This document shows, piece by piece, positions 18,434 to 27,448 of a DNA stretch of 64,000 nucleotides. Each line of letters starts with the position of its first letter. The first letter of the stretch is position 1. This DNA is from a virus, in the IMG/VR virus record IMGVR_UViG_3300036823_000160, positions 13,537-77,536 of that record, one strand, 5' to 3'. Below the pieces are notes generated by a model. It had not been told where the DNA came from. It did no database searches and worked only from the letters and a program-made list of their open reading frames with translations. The position numbers and the translations under genes are program-made.

Positions 18434-19707
18434 CGCGCACGGTCCCGCTCACGCTGCGGCCGAACGTGATCGTCGATACCGGACGCGTCTCGTATGACGG
18501 CGTGGTCCAGCTGTTCCCACGCAAGGGTGGCTATCGGGATCGCCAGAGCAAGGAGTGGGTCCCGTCGCTGCGCGAGTGTATCGTCGCTCGTCCCGGCTAC
18601 GTGTTCTCGAGCGAGGACTACACGGCCGGCGAACTGTTCACGCATGCACAGTCGTGCCTGTGGTTGCTCGGGTACTCCGATCTCGCCAAGACCCTACTCG
18701 CGGGCATCAATCCGCACGCCGAGCTCGCGTCGCGCGTGCTCGGGATCGCCTACGAGCAGTTCGACAAGAAGATCAAGCAGCACGCCGACACGCGCCAGGC
18801 CGCCAAGCCCGTCGTGTTCGGCAAGCCGGGAGGCATGGGTGACGCGAAGATGGTCATCCAGCAGCGCTCGCAAGGCCCGGACACGCCGTGCCCCGACGGG
18901 CCGTCCGAGGTCGACGACGGTAACGGCGACAAGGTCCCCGGCTATACGGGGTTGCGGTTCTGCGTTCTGATGAACGGTGCGCGCCGGTGTGGCGAGCACC
19001 CGGACGGCCGGCCGAACCGGACCACGCGCTGGGGCGGCAAGTACTCGAAGCCGATCGCGCCGACGTGCGTAGCGTGTCTTGAGTGCGCGGCCCAGATCAG
19101 CCGGATCTGGAAGGACTCGGGTCGAGAGAACCAGCCCTACTTCAACCTCGTCGAGGAATTCGGCGAGTACGGCATGACCATCACGCCGGACATGATCGCG
19201 CGCTGGCCGTGGATCGGCGAGTGGTACGAGCCCGGCCAGCAGTTGGCGCCTGGCCAGGTGATGCAGCACTGGTCGGGGAGGCTTCGCGGCGGCCTCGATT
19301 TCTGCGACATGGCGAACGGGTTCTTTCAGGCGCTGCTCGCGGACGCGACGAAGTCCGCGCTGCGCCGCATCGTGCGCGAGTGCTACGTCCACACGATTGT
19401 TCCCGAGTTCGCGCACGAGAACTCGCGGCGCTCGCAGTTCGCAGGCTGTCCGTCACCGTTACTGGGTTCGCGCGCGATCGGGTTCTTCCATGATGAACTC
19501 TTTATGGAGCATCCCGAGTCGATCGCACACGAGGCCGCGACGCGCGTGTCCGAGATCATGGTCGAGGAGCTCGTGTGGATCTGCCCCGACGTCGGGCCGA
19601 AGGTATCCGCGGAACCGACGCTGATGCGCCGCTGGAGCAAGAGCGCGGAGAAGGTCACGGACGCCAACGGGCGCCTGATCCCGTGGGAGCCGCGGATCGC
19701 GGCGTAG
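18430..19707 (+). CDS. family A DNA polymerase, C-terminal part (palm/fingers)
   Basis: TGRVS, motif A DYTAGEL, motif B RQAAKPVVFG, motif C FHDEL. Confidence 0.9.
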   Translation: MTRTVPLTLRPNVIVDTGRVSYDGVVQLFPRKGGYRDRQSKEWVPSLRECIVARPGYVFSSEDYTAGELFTHAQSCLWLLGYSDLAKTLLAGINPHAELASRVLGIAYEQFDKKIKQHADTRQAAKPVVFGKPGGMGDAKMVIQQRSQGPDTPCPDGPSEVDDGNGDKVPGYTGLRFCVLMNGARRCGEHPDGRPNRTTRWGGKYSKPIAPTCVACLECAAQISRIWKDSGRENQPYFNLVEEFGEYGMTITPDMIARWPWIGEWYEPGQQLAPGQVMQHWSGRLRGGLDFCDMANGFFQALLADATKSALRRIVRECYVHTIVPEFAHENSRRSQFAGCPSPLLGSRAIGFFHDELFMEHPESIAHEAATRVSEIMVEELVWICPDVGPKVSAEPTLMRRWSKSAEKVTDANGRLIPWEPRIAA

Positions 19708-19708
19708 C

Positions 19709-19735
19709 GAAAGCGCAAGAACGAGTTCGCGGTTG
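19709..19735 (+). promoter_or_regulatory. ECF-type promoter motif
   Basis: GAAAGC-N15-CGGTTG, ATG 8 nt downstream. Confidence 0.75.
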
Positions 19736-19743
19736 CGGGCCGC

Positions 19744-20283
19744 ATGAGCCAGAAGACGACCACGACCTGCGACCACTGCAAGGCACACACGGGCACGTAC
19801 GTGACCGCGTTCGGAAACTCGACCAGTTTGATATCCGAGACGCGGCACTACTGCGAGATGTGCTGGAATGGGTTCGCGGCCGCGATTGCGCTCGGTCCCG
19901 ACGACGCACTGACTCGCGCACTGCACAAGCTAGAGTCCGCCGAGCGCGACTGCCGTACGGCCGAGACTTCGGCCACAACCGAGAAGGCTCGGGTCGAGTA
20001 TCTGTCGAAAGAGGGTGCGGCAGCGGCCCAGCGTGCGTCCGTGGCCGAGCGGCGCGTTGCCGAGCTCGAGGCACGTTTCAAGGACGCGTGCGCAGCGCAG
20101 GGGCAGCTTCAGGGTCAGCTGCAGACCTTCGAGCTTGCGGCGCGCACCGTGTCGAGTGCCGCCGATCAGCTCCTGGTCGAGATGCGCGGGAAGGACCGGC
20201 GCCGTTACCAGGACCTCATTGACGGACTCGCGGAAGCGATCGACAAGTGGTCCGAAGTCGTGGGCGCGGAGGGCGTCCAGTGA
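19744..20283 (+). CDS. Zn-finger/coiled-coil hypothetical protein
   Basis: CDHC...CEMC then heptads. Confidence 0.7.
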   Translation: MSQKTTTTCDHCKAHTGTYVTAFGNSTSLISETRHYCEMCWNGFAAAIALGPDDALTRALHKLESAERDCRTAETSATTEKARVEYLSKEGAAAAQRASVAERRVAELEARFKDACAAQGQLQGQLQTFELAARTVSSAADQLLVEMRGKDRRRYQDLIDGLAEAIDKWSEVVGAEGVQ

Positions 20284-20780
20284 TCCTCGTCAGGCTCGCC
20301 GCCGCCGCCGCGTTCGCGATCCTGATCGCACTCGCCGCCCCTTTCCCGTCGCCGACAGCGGACCGCGTTCGTGCGCTGCCCGACACGGCGCTCACGAGCG
20401 AGGCGGCGGACGAGAACGTCGCCGCGGCGCGGATCGCGGGCATGCTCACGGGTGAGCGGCCCGAGATCCTGCTCGCGCTCGCATGGCACGAGTCGCGCTT
20501 CATCTCGAACGCGGTCTCACGGGAGGCGAACGGCCTGGTTAGCTGCGGAATCGCGACCCCAGAACCACAGGCCAAGTGCGAGGACGAGCCGCTCGTGATC
20601 CAGTACCAGCGCGGCGCCGAGCACCTCGCGGGCTGGCGGCGCGCACTCGGCGATCGAGCGCTGTTTGGATACGCGGGTGGGTACCGACTCAACAAGGCGT
20701 GCCTCGCCGGCTCGACGGTGCGCGGGTGCACTTTCCCGGCGTGGATGGAGTCGCTCGCGAACCGGATCGCGGGTCTCTGA
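20280..20780 (+). CDS. lytic transglycosylase (SLT-like) with N-terminal hydrophobic segment
   Basis: LLALAWHESRF catalytic Glu motif; AL.GYAGG. Confidence 0.65.
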   Translation: MILVRLAAAAAFAILIALAAPFPSPTADRVRALPDTALTSEAADENVAAARIAGMLTGERPEILLALAWHESRFISNAVSREANGLVSCGIATPEPQAKCEDEPLVIQYQRGAEHLAGWRRALGDRALFGYAGGYRLNKACLAGSTVRGCTFPAWMESLANRIAGL

Positions 20781-20807
20781 AAAGCGGACCTGTCAGCGCG
20801 CGGGTTC
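20780..20807 (+). promoter_or_regulatory. ECF-type promoter motif
   Basis: AAAAGC-N16-GGGTTC, ATG 9 nt downstream. Confidence 0.75.
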
Positions 20808-20816
20808 GGGTGCTCG

Positions 20817-21050
20817 ATGTTCCACAAGGTATCGGATATCGAGGCGAAGCCGCTGCCGGCCAAACAGTTCAACGTCAGCACGTCGGGCGGCTGGTTCGCG
20901 CCAAGCAGCTCGGGCAAGCAGACGTCCACCTCCACGGTTGGGCACACGACCTGGCGCTGCAACAACTGCCGCGCGCTCGCGGTAGGACCGATCGGGTGTG
21001 CGCCACCGACCGAGTGCGGGAAATGCCACAGCAAGGGAGGTGCCGGGTGA
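20817..21050 (+). CDS. Zn-ribbon protein
   Basis: WRCNNC...ECGKC. Confidence 0.65.
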   Translation: MFHKVSDIEAKPLPAKQFNVSTSGGWFAPSSSGKQTSTSTVGHTTWRCNNCRALAVGPIGCAPPTECGKCHSKGGAG

Positions 21051-21322
21051 AGTCCAAGCTATCGAAGTCACAGGTTCGCAAACAGGCCGTGTTCATCTGC
21101 CAGACCGCGGCGATTAACCCCGTAGCATACCACGGCGAGTTCTACGACCGTGTCGTCGATACGTTTGGGCTCTCCAAGCCAGCTCGGCACCTCGCGGTCG
21201 CGGCTTGGGTTGCCGTCGTACACGGGAGTTCTTGGACGATCGAGACCGACGGCGAGGCGGCGGCCTTGCTCGCTACCGGATGGTCGCCCGGGGTAGCGAT
21301 TAAGCGGAGGCGTAGCGAGTGA
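21047..21322 (+). CDS. hypothetical protein
   Basis: GTGA-coupled ORF. Confidence 0.6.
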   Translation: MKSKLSKSQVRKQAVFICQTAAINPVAYHGEFYDRVVDTFGLSKPARHLAVAAWVAVVHGSSWTIETDGEAAALLATGWSPGVAIKRRRSE

Positions 21323-21347
21323 ACGCGGTCGTCCCACTCCGGGGTTC
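21321..21347 (+). promoter_or_regulatory. ECF-type promoter motif
   Basis: GAACGC-N15-GGGTTC, ATG 9 nt downstream. Confidence 0.7.
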
Positions 21348-21356
21348 GACCGTTCG

Positions 21357-22781
21357 ATGATCAGAATTCAAGCACTCCTCGTGTTCGCACTCGTGACCAC
21401 CCTCGCGTGCGAACGCGGCCCACTCCAGTCCGCGGACTCGGCCGAACTGGTCACCGGCGCTCTCGGGAATTGTGCTGTCCCGGCGGCAATTCCCGACGAC
21501 GGTTTCGATGACCTGGGTGCGATCCAGGCCGCGCTCGACGGCCAAGGCTGCGCCGAGCTCGGAACCGGCCGATACGACATCTTCACGCCATCCGAGCCCA
21601 AGACGGGGCGCCGACCGATCGCGATGCTGGTCGTGTCGTCAGGAGAGCGCCTCTCCGGCGCAGGTCCCGGGACCACGCTTGCGTTCTCGGGTTCCGCGCA
21701 GCTCGCGGACTGGTACGGCGTCGAGGTGACCGGCTCGGGCGCCGAGATCGAGGACCTCACCATCGACTCGACCGAGGTCACTGGCGCGTCCGAGCAGACG
21801 CACGCGGTGCAGGTGACCGGGCCCGCGACCGCCGTCTCCGTGCGCAGCGTGTGGTTCGATCATGCGCCGGCGCCGAACGGCGGCGACTGCATCAAGGTGG
21901 TGGGCTACCCGGCCACGGAGGTCGTCGGTCTAGATCTCGAGCACGACGAGTTCATGCACTGTCCGCGCTCCGGCGTGGACGTCCACTCCGGCCTTCACGG
22001 CCTGCGCCTCACCGATAGCGGGTTCTACGGCGTGGCCAAGGTCGACATCACGAGCGAGGACGGCTCCGACAAGTCGGGGTGGGTGATCGCGAACAATGTG
22101 ATGACCGAAGTCGGGATCGGTGACGCGATCGACCTCGAGTACGTCGACGGTGTCACGATCGCGAACAACACGATGCTGGGACGCGGCTTTTTCGCGTTCG
22201 ACACGTCGCATCTGTCGTTCACCGGGAACTACGTAGCCGAGACCGCGGGCACCGCCTCCGGGGGCGTCGTGTACCTCGAACGTAACGTCACCGACGCGGT
22301 GCTGACCGGTAACGTGATCCTCCGCGGACCAGGCGCGCCGGCCGGTCCTGCGGTCGAGCTCGCGGCCGACAACGGGGGCTGGCCCCAGCGCGTGAGCCTC
22401 TACGCGAACCAGGTCTATCAAGGCGGTGCGTCATCGGCGATCGTGATCGCGACCGGGATCGACATCACGGTCGCCGGCAACGACGTGTACCTCGCGGACA
22501 GCGACAGCACCGCAATGGGTATCTCGATCACCGGTGTGTCCGCTCGCTCGGACTCGATCGCGATCGCAAACAACCGCATCCGCGGCGTCTCGATCGCGGC
22601 CGCCCTTCGCATCTCGGGCTCGTACGACGGCCTCGGCGCAATCACCGCGACCGGTAACACCGCGCGCGGCGCGGCCACGGGCCTGCGCTGCGAAACCCCC
22701 AGCGGGATCGCCGGCCCCGTCGTCAGCACGGGCAACAACTGGCCGGCGAGCGGCTGCACGATCGCAACCGCGGGGCTGTAA
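21357..22781 (+). CDS. right-handed parallel beta-helix (pectin-lyase-like) lipoprotein
   Basis: TLAC lipobox, PDDGFDDLGAIQAALD, repeated V.I..N rungs. Confidence 0.8.
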   Translation: MIRIQALLVFALVTTLACERGPLQSADSAELVTGALGNCAVPAAIPDDGFDDLGAIQAALDGQGCAELGTGRYDIFTPSEPKTGRRPIAMLVVSSGERLSGAGPGTTLAFSGSAQLADWYGVEVTGSGAEIEDLTIDSTEVTGASEQTHAVQVTGPATAVSVRSVWFDHAPAPNGGDCIKVVGYPATEVVGLDLEHDEFMHCPRSGVDVHSGLHGLRLTDSGFYGVAKVDITSEDGSDKSGWVIANNVMTEVGIGDAIDLEYVDGVTIANNTMLGRGFFAFDTSHLSFTGNYVAETAGTASGGVVYLERNVTDAVLTGNVILRGPGAPAGPAVELAADNGGWPQRVSLYANQVYQGGASSAIVIATGIDITVAGNDVYLADSDSTAMGISITGVSARSDSIAIANNRIRGVSIAAALRISGSYDGLGAITATGNTARGAATGLRCETPSGIAGPVVSTGNNWPASGCTIATAGL

Positions 22782-23296
22782 TGGACGCGTTCGCCCCTAC
22801 CCTGCCCGAGCCCGTGCTCCTGACCTCGATCTGTCGCTGCGCGTCGCCGCACGAGCATGCGAGCCGAGCCGTGGACAACGCCACGAGCTCACACGCCTCC
22901 GAGATCGCGCACCAGCGCAGGGAAGCTGACGTCGTGCTCGCGACCGCGAACAAGCGCATCGCCGAGCTCCGCGCGAACACCCCAAACCCGGACGACTACG
23001 AGGTCGTGCGGTTCAACCGCGTCGGCGGTCATGTCGTGATGCAGGTCCGCTACCCGAGCTGCGCCAAGTGCGCGTTCGAGGGCCTGAAGACGATGGTGTT
23101 CCTGAACGTCGACGAGGCGAAGATCATGCGCTGGCGTCGGATCGATCCGCACTTCCGCAACGAGATCAAGACCACGCTCCTGGACGTGACCGGGAAGAAC
23201 GCACCATCGCCGGCGGCGCGCTTCCCAGGTAACGACACCGGGTGGGCGGACGCGATCGAGTACGCGGAGCGCAAGCGCGCCGGGACTATCCGATGA
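22781..23296 (+). CDS. hypothetical protein
   Basis: ORF in operon. Confidence 0.7.
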   Translation: MDAFAPTLPEPVLLTSICRCASPHEHASRAVDNATSSHASEIAHQRREADVVLATANKRIAELRANTPNPDDYEVVRFNRVGGHVVMQVRYPSCAKCAFEGLKTMVFLNVDEAKIMRWRRIDPHFRNEIKTTLLDVTGKNAPSPAARFPGNDTGWADAIEYAERKRAGTIR

Positions 23297-23715
23297 ACGG
23301 CGCTGCGATCTTCAGCCCGTGCGGGACCTGGCGCTTCCGCCTGACCCGCGAGTGGGATACGAGCGCGCCGCCTGCGGTGATCATCGGCGCGAACCCGTCC
23401 ACGGCGACGGGCGAAGAGGATGACGCGACGATCCGACTCGAGACCAGTATCCTGAAGCGCTGGGGCTTCGGCTCGTATGTGAAGCTCAATGCGTACGCGT
23501 TCAAGGCCACGCTACGCGACGTGCCGTACGCAATCGCGATCGCGGCTTGGGGCGCGATCCCGAAGCTACCGTGCGTGAACATGATCTTGGCGGTCGCCCG
23601 ACTGGCTGGTGTGGACCTACACGCATTCGGGATCAACCCGTCCGGCACGCCATGGCACCCGCTCTACAAGCCGATCGCGGCGCGGCCGGTGCTGTGGAAG
23701 GGGGCCGCGTCATGA
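23293..23715 (+). CDS. DUF1643-family protein
   Basis: AIFSPCGTWRFRLTREW, GANPSTA, AAWG, P.HPLY. Confidence 0.85.
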   Translation: MNGAAIFSPCGTWRFRLTREWDTSAPPAVIIGANPSTATGEEDDATIRLETSILKRWGFGSYVKLNAYAFKATLRDVPYAIAIAAWGAIPKLPCVNMILAVARLAGVDLHAFGINPSGTPWHPLYKPIAARPVLWKGAAS

Positions 23716-23897
23716 TGCCGTTTCGACACACGCTCTATATCCAGGCGCTGCTCGTGTGTGCGTACGCGGCCGGGATCCGCCAGAACGGCCGCGACTACAC
23801 CGGGATCCCGTGGTGGGGTGATCTGCTGTTCGGGGTCGTACTGTTCGCGATCGCGATCGGGCTCGAGTGGCGTGCGCTCGGCAAGGCGAGACGATGA
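23712..23897 (+). CDS. small membrane protein
   Basis: Two hydrophobic segments. Confidence 0.6.
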   Translation: MMPFRHTLYIQALLVCAYAAGIRQNGRDYTGIPWWGDLLFGVVLFAIAIGLEWRALGKARR

Positions 23898-24139
23898 AGC
23901 GCGTACTCGAGCTTCCCGAGGGCTGGGTCACCCAGGAACTCTGGCTTGGCAAATCCGATTGCGTGGTCCTACACGCGCCCAACCTCGGGTACGTGACCAT
24001 CGACTTCACCAGGCGCAATTTCGCTATCGGCTCGTCCGCGTATGTACCTTGGGTCAGCGAGACCAAGCGACTCAAGGGGCGCGGCTGGTTGCAGAAGTTA
24101 GTCGCGGACGCGGTCGCGACGCTGCGTAAGGCGTCGTGA
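23894..24139 (+). CDS. hypothetical protein
   Basis: ATGA-coupled ORF. Confidence 0.6.
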   Translation: MKRVLELPEGWVTQELWLGKSDCVVLHAPNLGYVTIDFTRRNFAIGSSAYVPWVSETKRLKGRGWLQKLVADAVATLRKAS

Positions 24140-24489
24140 GCCAGCGCGGCGCCGTGTTCACGATCTCGGTCCGGCTCGACGACGAGTCGCCGGACACCGC
24201 GACGCGGTTCGCGACCTGCGACAAGTGCGGTCAGGAGCTGACCGCGGCGATGCACGATCCCGTGTCGGTGATCAGTATCCCGAACCTGGAGAGAATGGTG
24301 GCTCGGGAACCAGCACGCGTCGTCGCGATCAGGAAGCTGGTCGACACCGCGTTCGAGCGGGCGCGCTCGACCCGGATGCCGATCGTTATCGACAGTGCGT
24401 ACGAGGTCCGGCAACTCAACTCCGCCGGGCTCATGCAGGAAATCCTGCGCGAGCACGCGGTGAAGTGCTCGGTCCCCGTCGCGGGTTGA
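24136..24489 (+). CDS. hypothetical protein
   Basis: GTGA-coupled ORF. Confidence 0.65.
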   Translation: MSQRGAVFTISVRLDDESPDTATRFATCDKCGQELTAAMHDPVSVISIPNLERMVAREPARVVAIRKLVDTAFERARSTRMPIVIDSAYEVRQLNSAGLMQEILREHAVKCSVPVAG

Positions 24490-24612
24490 GGCCGCGATGC
24501 CCAAGCAAGACTGGACCGTGCTGCCCTACTCGTTCGCCCTCCCGTTCAGAGGTGAACGCATCGAGATCGTGTTCAACCAGGCCCGTGAGCTGCTCGCCGT
24601 GCACGAGGTCGC

Positions 24613-24840
24613 GTGACCGTACGCGACAAGTCCCTATCCGTCGCCGAGCTTCTCGAACTGGTCAGAGCACTCCCCGAGCCCACGCCGCGCGAACGTGAGC
24701 AGCAGGCGCTCTCGTTCGCGTACGGTAACCTGGCTGCCAGCACGAATCACAAGCCGTCGCGCGCCGCCTTTGCCAAGCTCGCGAGCGAGCGCTACGGCTG
24801 GTCGGAGTGGGCGGCGGACCTGACCTGGCCGGATCTCTGA
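24613..24840 (+). CDS. hypothetical protein
   Basis: TP.ERE.Q..SFAYGN motif. Confidence 0.65.
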   Translation: MTVRDKSLSVAELLELVRALPEPTPREREQQALSFAYGNLAASTNHKPSRAAFAKLASERYGWSEWAADLTWPDL

Positions 24841-25205
24841 TGGGTCGCTCCATCCTCAAATTCGACACGCCAGCGGGTCCTCGCTACCTAGAGTGGTCAT
24901 CTATCGTGGACGCGCCGATCACGTCCGGCATGACGCTCGCGATGTTCCGCCGCTACTACAAGGCCGAGTACGGGAACGAGGGCATGCGGACGCTCGATGA
25001 ACGCCTCGCGCGCGCGAACAAGAACGGCACCAGCGCGTTCGGTTACGACGACGAGCCATCGCTTGAGTCCACGGTCCTGTGCAATCGCGCAGGCGCAGGC
25101 GAGTCACGTATGACCGTGCAGCAGATCGCGGACTGGTACTGCGTCAATCGCGACGATTACACCAGGGACCTTCCCGTCGGCGAGTGGCCGTACGAGGACG
25201 AGTAA
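24840..25205 (+). CDS. hypothetical protein
   Basis: TGATG coupling; YLEWSSIVDAP. Confidence 0.7.
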   Translation: MGRSILKFDTPAGPRYLEWSSIVDAPITSGMTLAMFRRYYKAEYGNEGMRTLDERLARANKNGTSAFGYDDEPSLESTVLCNRAGAGESRMTVQQIADWYCVNRDDYTRDLPVGEWPYEDE

Positions 25206-25226
25206 CCTCGATCGTCGTGGTCTGGC

Positions 25227-25254
25227 GAAAGCGCTGGCCCGCGCCCTGGGGTTC
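25227..25254 (+). promoter_or_regulatory. ECF-type promoter motif
   Basis: GAAAGC-N16-GGGTTC, GTG 8 nt downstream. Confidence 0.8.
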
Positions 25255-25262
25255 ACGTGCTC

Positions 25263-25496
25263 GTGGCCGACACCAAGAGCGATGACACGACCGAGCGCGG
25301 ATGGCTGATCGAACGCGGCGACTCGGAGGAATCGCGCCCGAGATACTGGGCCGGTCCCGGTAACTGGTGGACCTACGACTCGCTCCAGGCCGTGCGCTTC
25401 GCGCGCGCGGCCGACGCGCACCGGGTCGTGAAGCTGCTCACGACCGACGGGCCGGCGTATCGCGTGGCCGAGCACGTGTGGGGGCTCGCGCGATGA
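25263..25496 (+). CDS. hypothetical protein
   Basis: GWLIE...WT.D...A.RFAR..DA. Confidence 0.65.
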   Translation: MADTKSDDTTERGWLIERGDSEESRPRYWAGPGNWWTYDSLQAVRFARAADAHRVVKLLTTDGPAYRVAEHVWGLAR

Positions 25497-25987
25497 GGGC
25501 GCTCACCCTAATCCAGCCGATGTCTTGGGCGATCGTCTCGGGCACCAAGCGCATCGAGAACCGCCCAACGAACTTGCCGCGTGCGATGCGCAGCGGCGAG
25601 ACCGTAGTCGTCGTTCACGCCGGCAAGAAGTGGAGCGACACGTACGCGAACGCGGTCGGCAGAATCATGGGCGTGACCGAGGTCGGGTTTGTCGAGGGCG
25701 GCGGACTCGTTGGGCTCATGTTGCTCACGGGCCGCGTGTTCGACCGACACGAGGACCCGTGGTTCTCCGGCCCGTACGGATACGAGATCAAGCGGGCGAT
25801 CGCGTTCGACGAACCGATCCCGTGCCGCGGCCTGCAGGGGTTTTGGCCGGTCCCCGATAGCATCGTCTGGGACAAGCGTGTCCAGCGCGCAGTTCATGAG
25901 CTCTGCGAGACCGTGTGGCCGTGCCCGGTATGCCACTCGCCCGAGTTATGTGAGTCGAAGTGTCCGGTCGCGCCGTGGAACACGTGA
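25493..25987 (+). CDS. ASCH domain protein
   Basis: MRALTLIQP.SWAIVSGTKRIENR, VHAGK, PCRGLQGFW. Confidence 0.9.
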   Translation: MRALTLIQPMSWAIVSGTKRIENRPTNLPRAMRSGETVVVVHAGKKWSDTYANAVGRIMGVTEVGFVEGGGLVGLMLLTGRVFDRHEDPWFSGPYGYEIKRAIAFDEPIPCRGLQGFWPVPDSIVWDKRVQRAVHELCETVWPCPVCHSPELCESKCPVAPWNT

Positions 25988-26109
25988 TGCGCTTCCTCGC
26001 GATCATCCCGCTCGCGCTGTTCGTCGTCGTGACCTCGGCGCTGGTCTGGGTCCTAGGGCTCGTCAGCACGCCCTATGGTGACCTCGACGGCTGGGACTGG
26101 TGGAAGTGA
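25987..26109 (+). CDS. small membrane peptide
   Basis: 40 aa MRFLAIIPLALFVVV..., coupled on both sides. Confidence 0.5.
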   Translation: MRFLAIIPLALFVVVTSALVWVLGLVSTPYGDLDGWDWWK

Positions 26110-26980
26110 CCTCGCGGCTGGCACCGATGCTCGTCGCGGGTCTCCGCGCGTGCGCCGCGTGGCCGAAGCGCCAGTCCGTGTACGACCCGAGCAACGTCAC
26201 GTTCACGTTTAACGGCGTCGAGATCCAGGGATACCCTAGCGAGGGCTTCATCGGGGTCCAGCGCGGGTTCCAGCGCGTTGGTGACCTCGATCAGGCCGAG
26301 CGTGAGGGCCGGCAACGATTCACGTCCACGGTTGGGCGCCCCCAAAAGACCGGGCCGAGCTGTTAGCGTGGCTGTTCGACTCGTCGTCCGTCTACGCGTA
26401 TCAGGCTCTGGTCGGCACCGCGGCGCACGGTTTCCACAGCGGGCTGGTTGACCGATGGGCCTGCACGTGCGTCGGCGCGACCTGGTGGGGTGACGAGCGC
26501 CGGTGCCTGTATTGCGGCGAGTCGCGTGCGACGAGTTGGCTGCGCTCGTTCAAGATCGATGGCCGGCACGCTATCACCGTCCAAGAGTATGACGAGAGCG
26601 CGTTCCTAAACGAGATCACGGCCGCGAAGGTGTACCTGGACGTTGGCGCGATCTCGGCCGACGAGGTCAGCGATTGGCAGTTCAAGGCCAGGTCCAAACC
26701 GAGCGCGGCCGGGAGTCGGTTCGACGCCTTGCAGGTCCGCGAGCTGCTCGACGTCGCTCTCGAGCTCGGCCGGCGCTGGCGCGCGCTCGCGGCGCGCCCG
26801 GTGTCGCGGCGCACATCCGCCTCGCGTTCGGCGCGACGCGCGCTTGAGGGTTGGTGCCGCGCGGCGCACACCGCACTTGTGCGCCGGTCCGTGGGCCTGA
26901 CCGAACTCGTCGATGGGCAAAACGTGCCTGTGGACCTAACCATCGAGCTCGATCGGATGCTGACCGAGGGCGCGGCGTGA
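26106..26980 (+). pseudogene. frameshifted gene with tail-tube-like N-terminus
   Basis: ORF 26106-26366 overlaps a start-less -1 frame open from 26306 to 26980. Confidence 0.55.
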
Positions 26981-27237
26981 TCGGGGCACCCGGGAGGGCG
27001 CCCTGCGGACACCGCGGCGAGCACCTGACCACGAACTACGTCCGGTGCATCGAGGGCTGCGAGGACCTGTCGAGCGGCGTCCCGCTAACCGCCAAGGACT
27101 CGACCACGCGCCCGATCTGTTCGCACTGTGGCTCCGGCGACGTCCTGGTCTACCGCGGGTTCACCGTCGAGGGTATGGACCTGTGGCACTGCAAGGGGTG
27201 CCTCAAGTCGTTCAAGGTCAAGACGCGCGCGAGTTGA
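26977..27237 (+). CDS. Zn-ribbon protein
   Basis: CSHCGS...WHCKGC. Confidence 0.6.
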   Translation: MIGAPGRAPCGHRGEHLTTNYVRCIEGCEDLSSGVPLTAKDSTTRPICSHCGSGDVLVYRGFTVEGMDLWHCKGCLKSFKVKTRAS

Positions 27238-27412
27238 GCAACCGCCGCGCGTCGCGGCCGATACAGGCGCGTGATCGTGCTCCCGCTAGAGTCCGTGCTC
27301 TGGATCGCCGCGCTCGCCGCGTGTGTACACGACACCCGAGCGCACTTCGACGGTGAGCTCGCACTCCTGGCCGAGCGGCTGCTCGGGCGGTGGAGACCGC
27401 GAGCACGGGCGT

Positions 27413-27440
27413 GAAAGCCGCCGGCGGCGGGGACGGGTTC
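27413..27440 (+). promoter_or_regulatory. ECF-type promoter motif
   Basis: GAAAGC-N16-GGGTTC, ATG 8 nt downstream. Confidence 0.8.
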
Positions 27441-27448
27441 GAGCGAGC

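Noticed and set aside
23293-23715. DUF1643 gene looks internally shortened
   Set aside because: Frame is intact and the deletion cannot be confirmed without an alignment.
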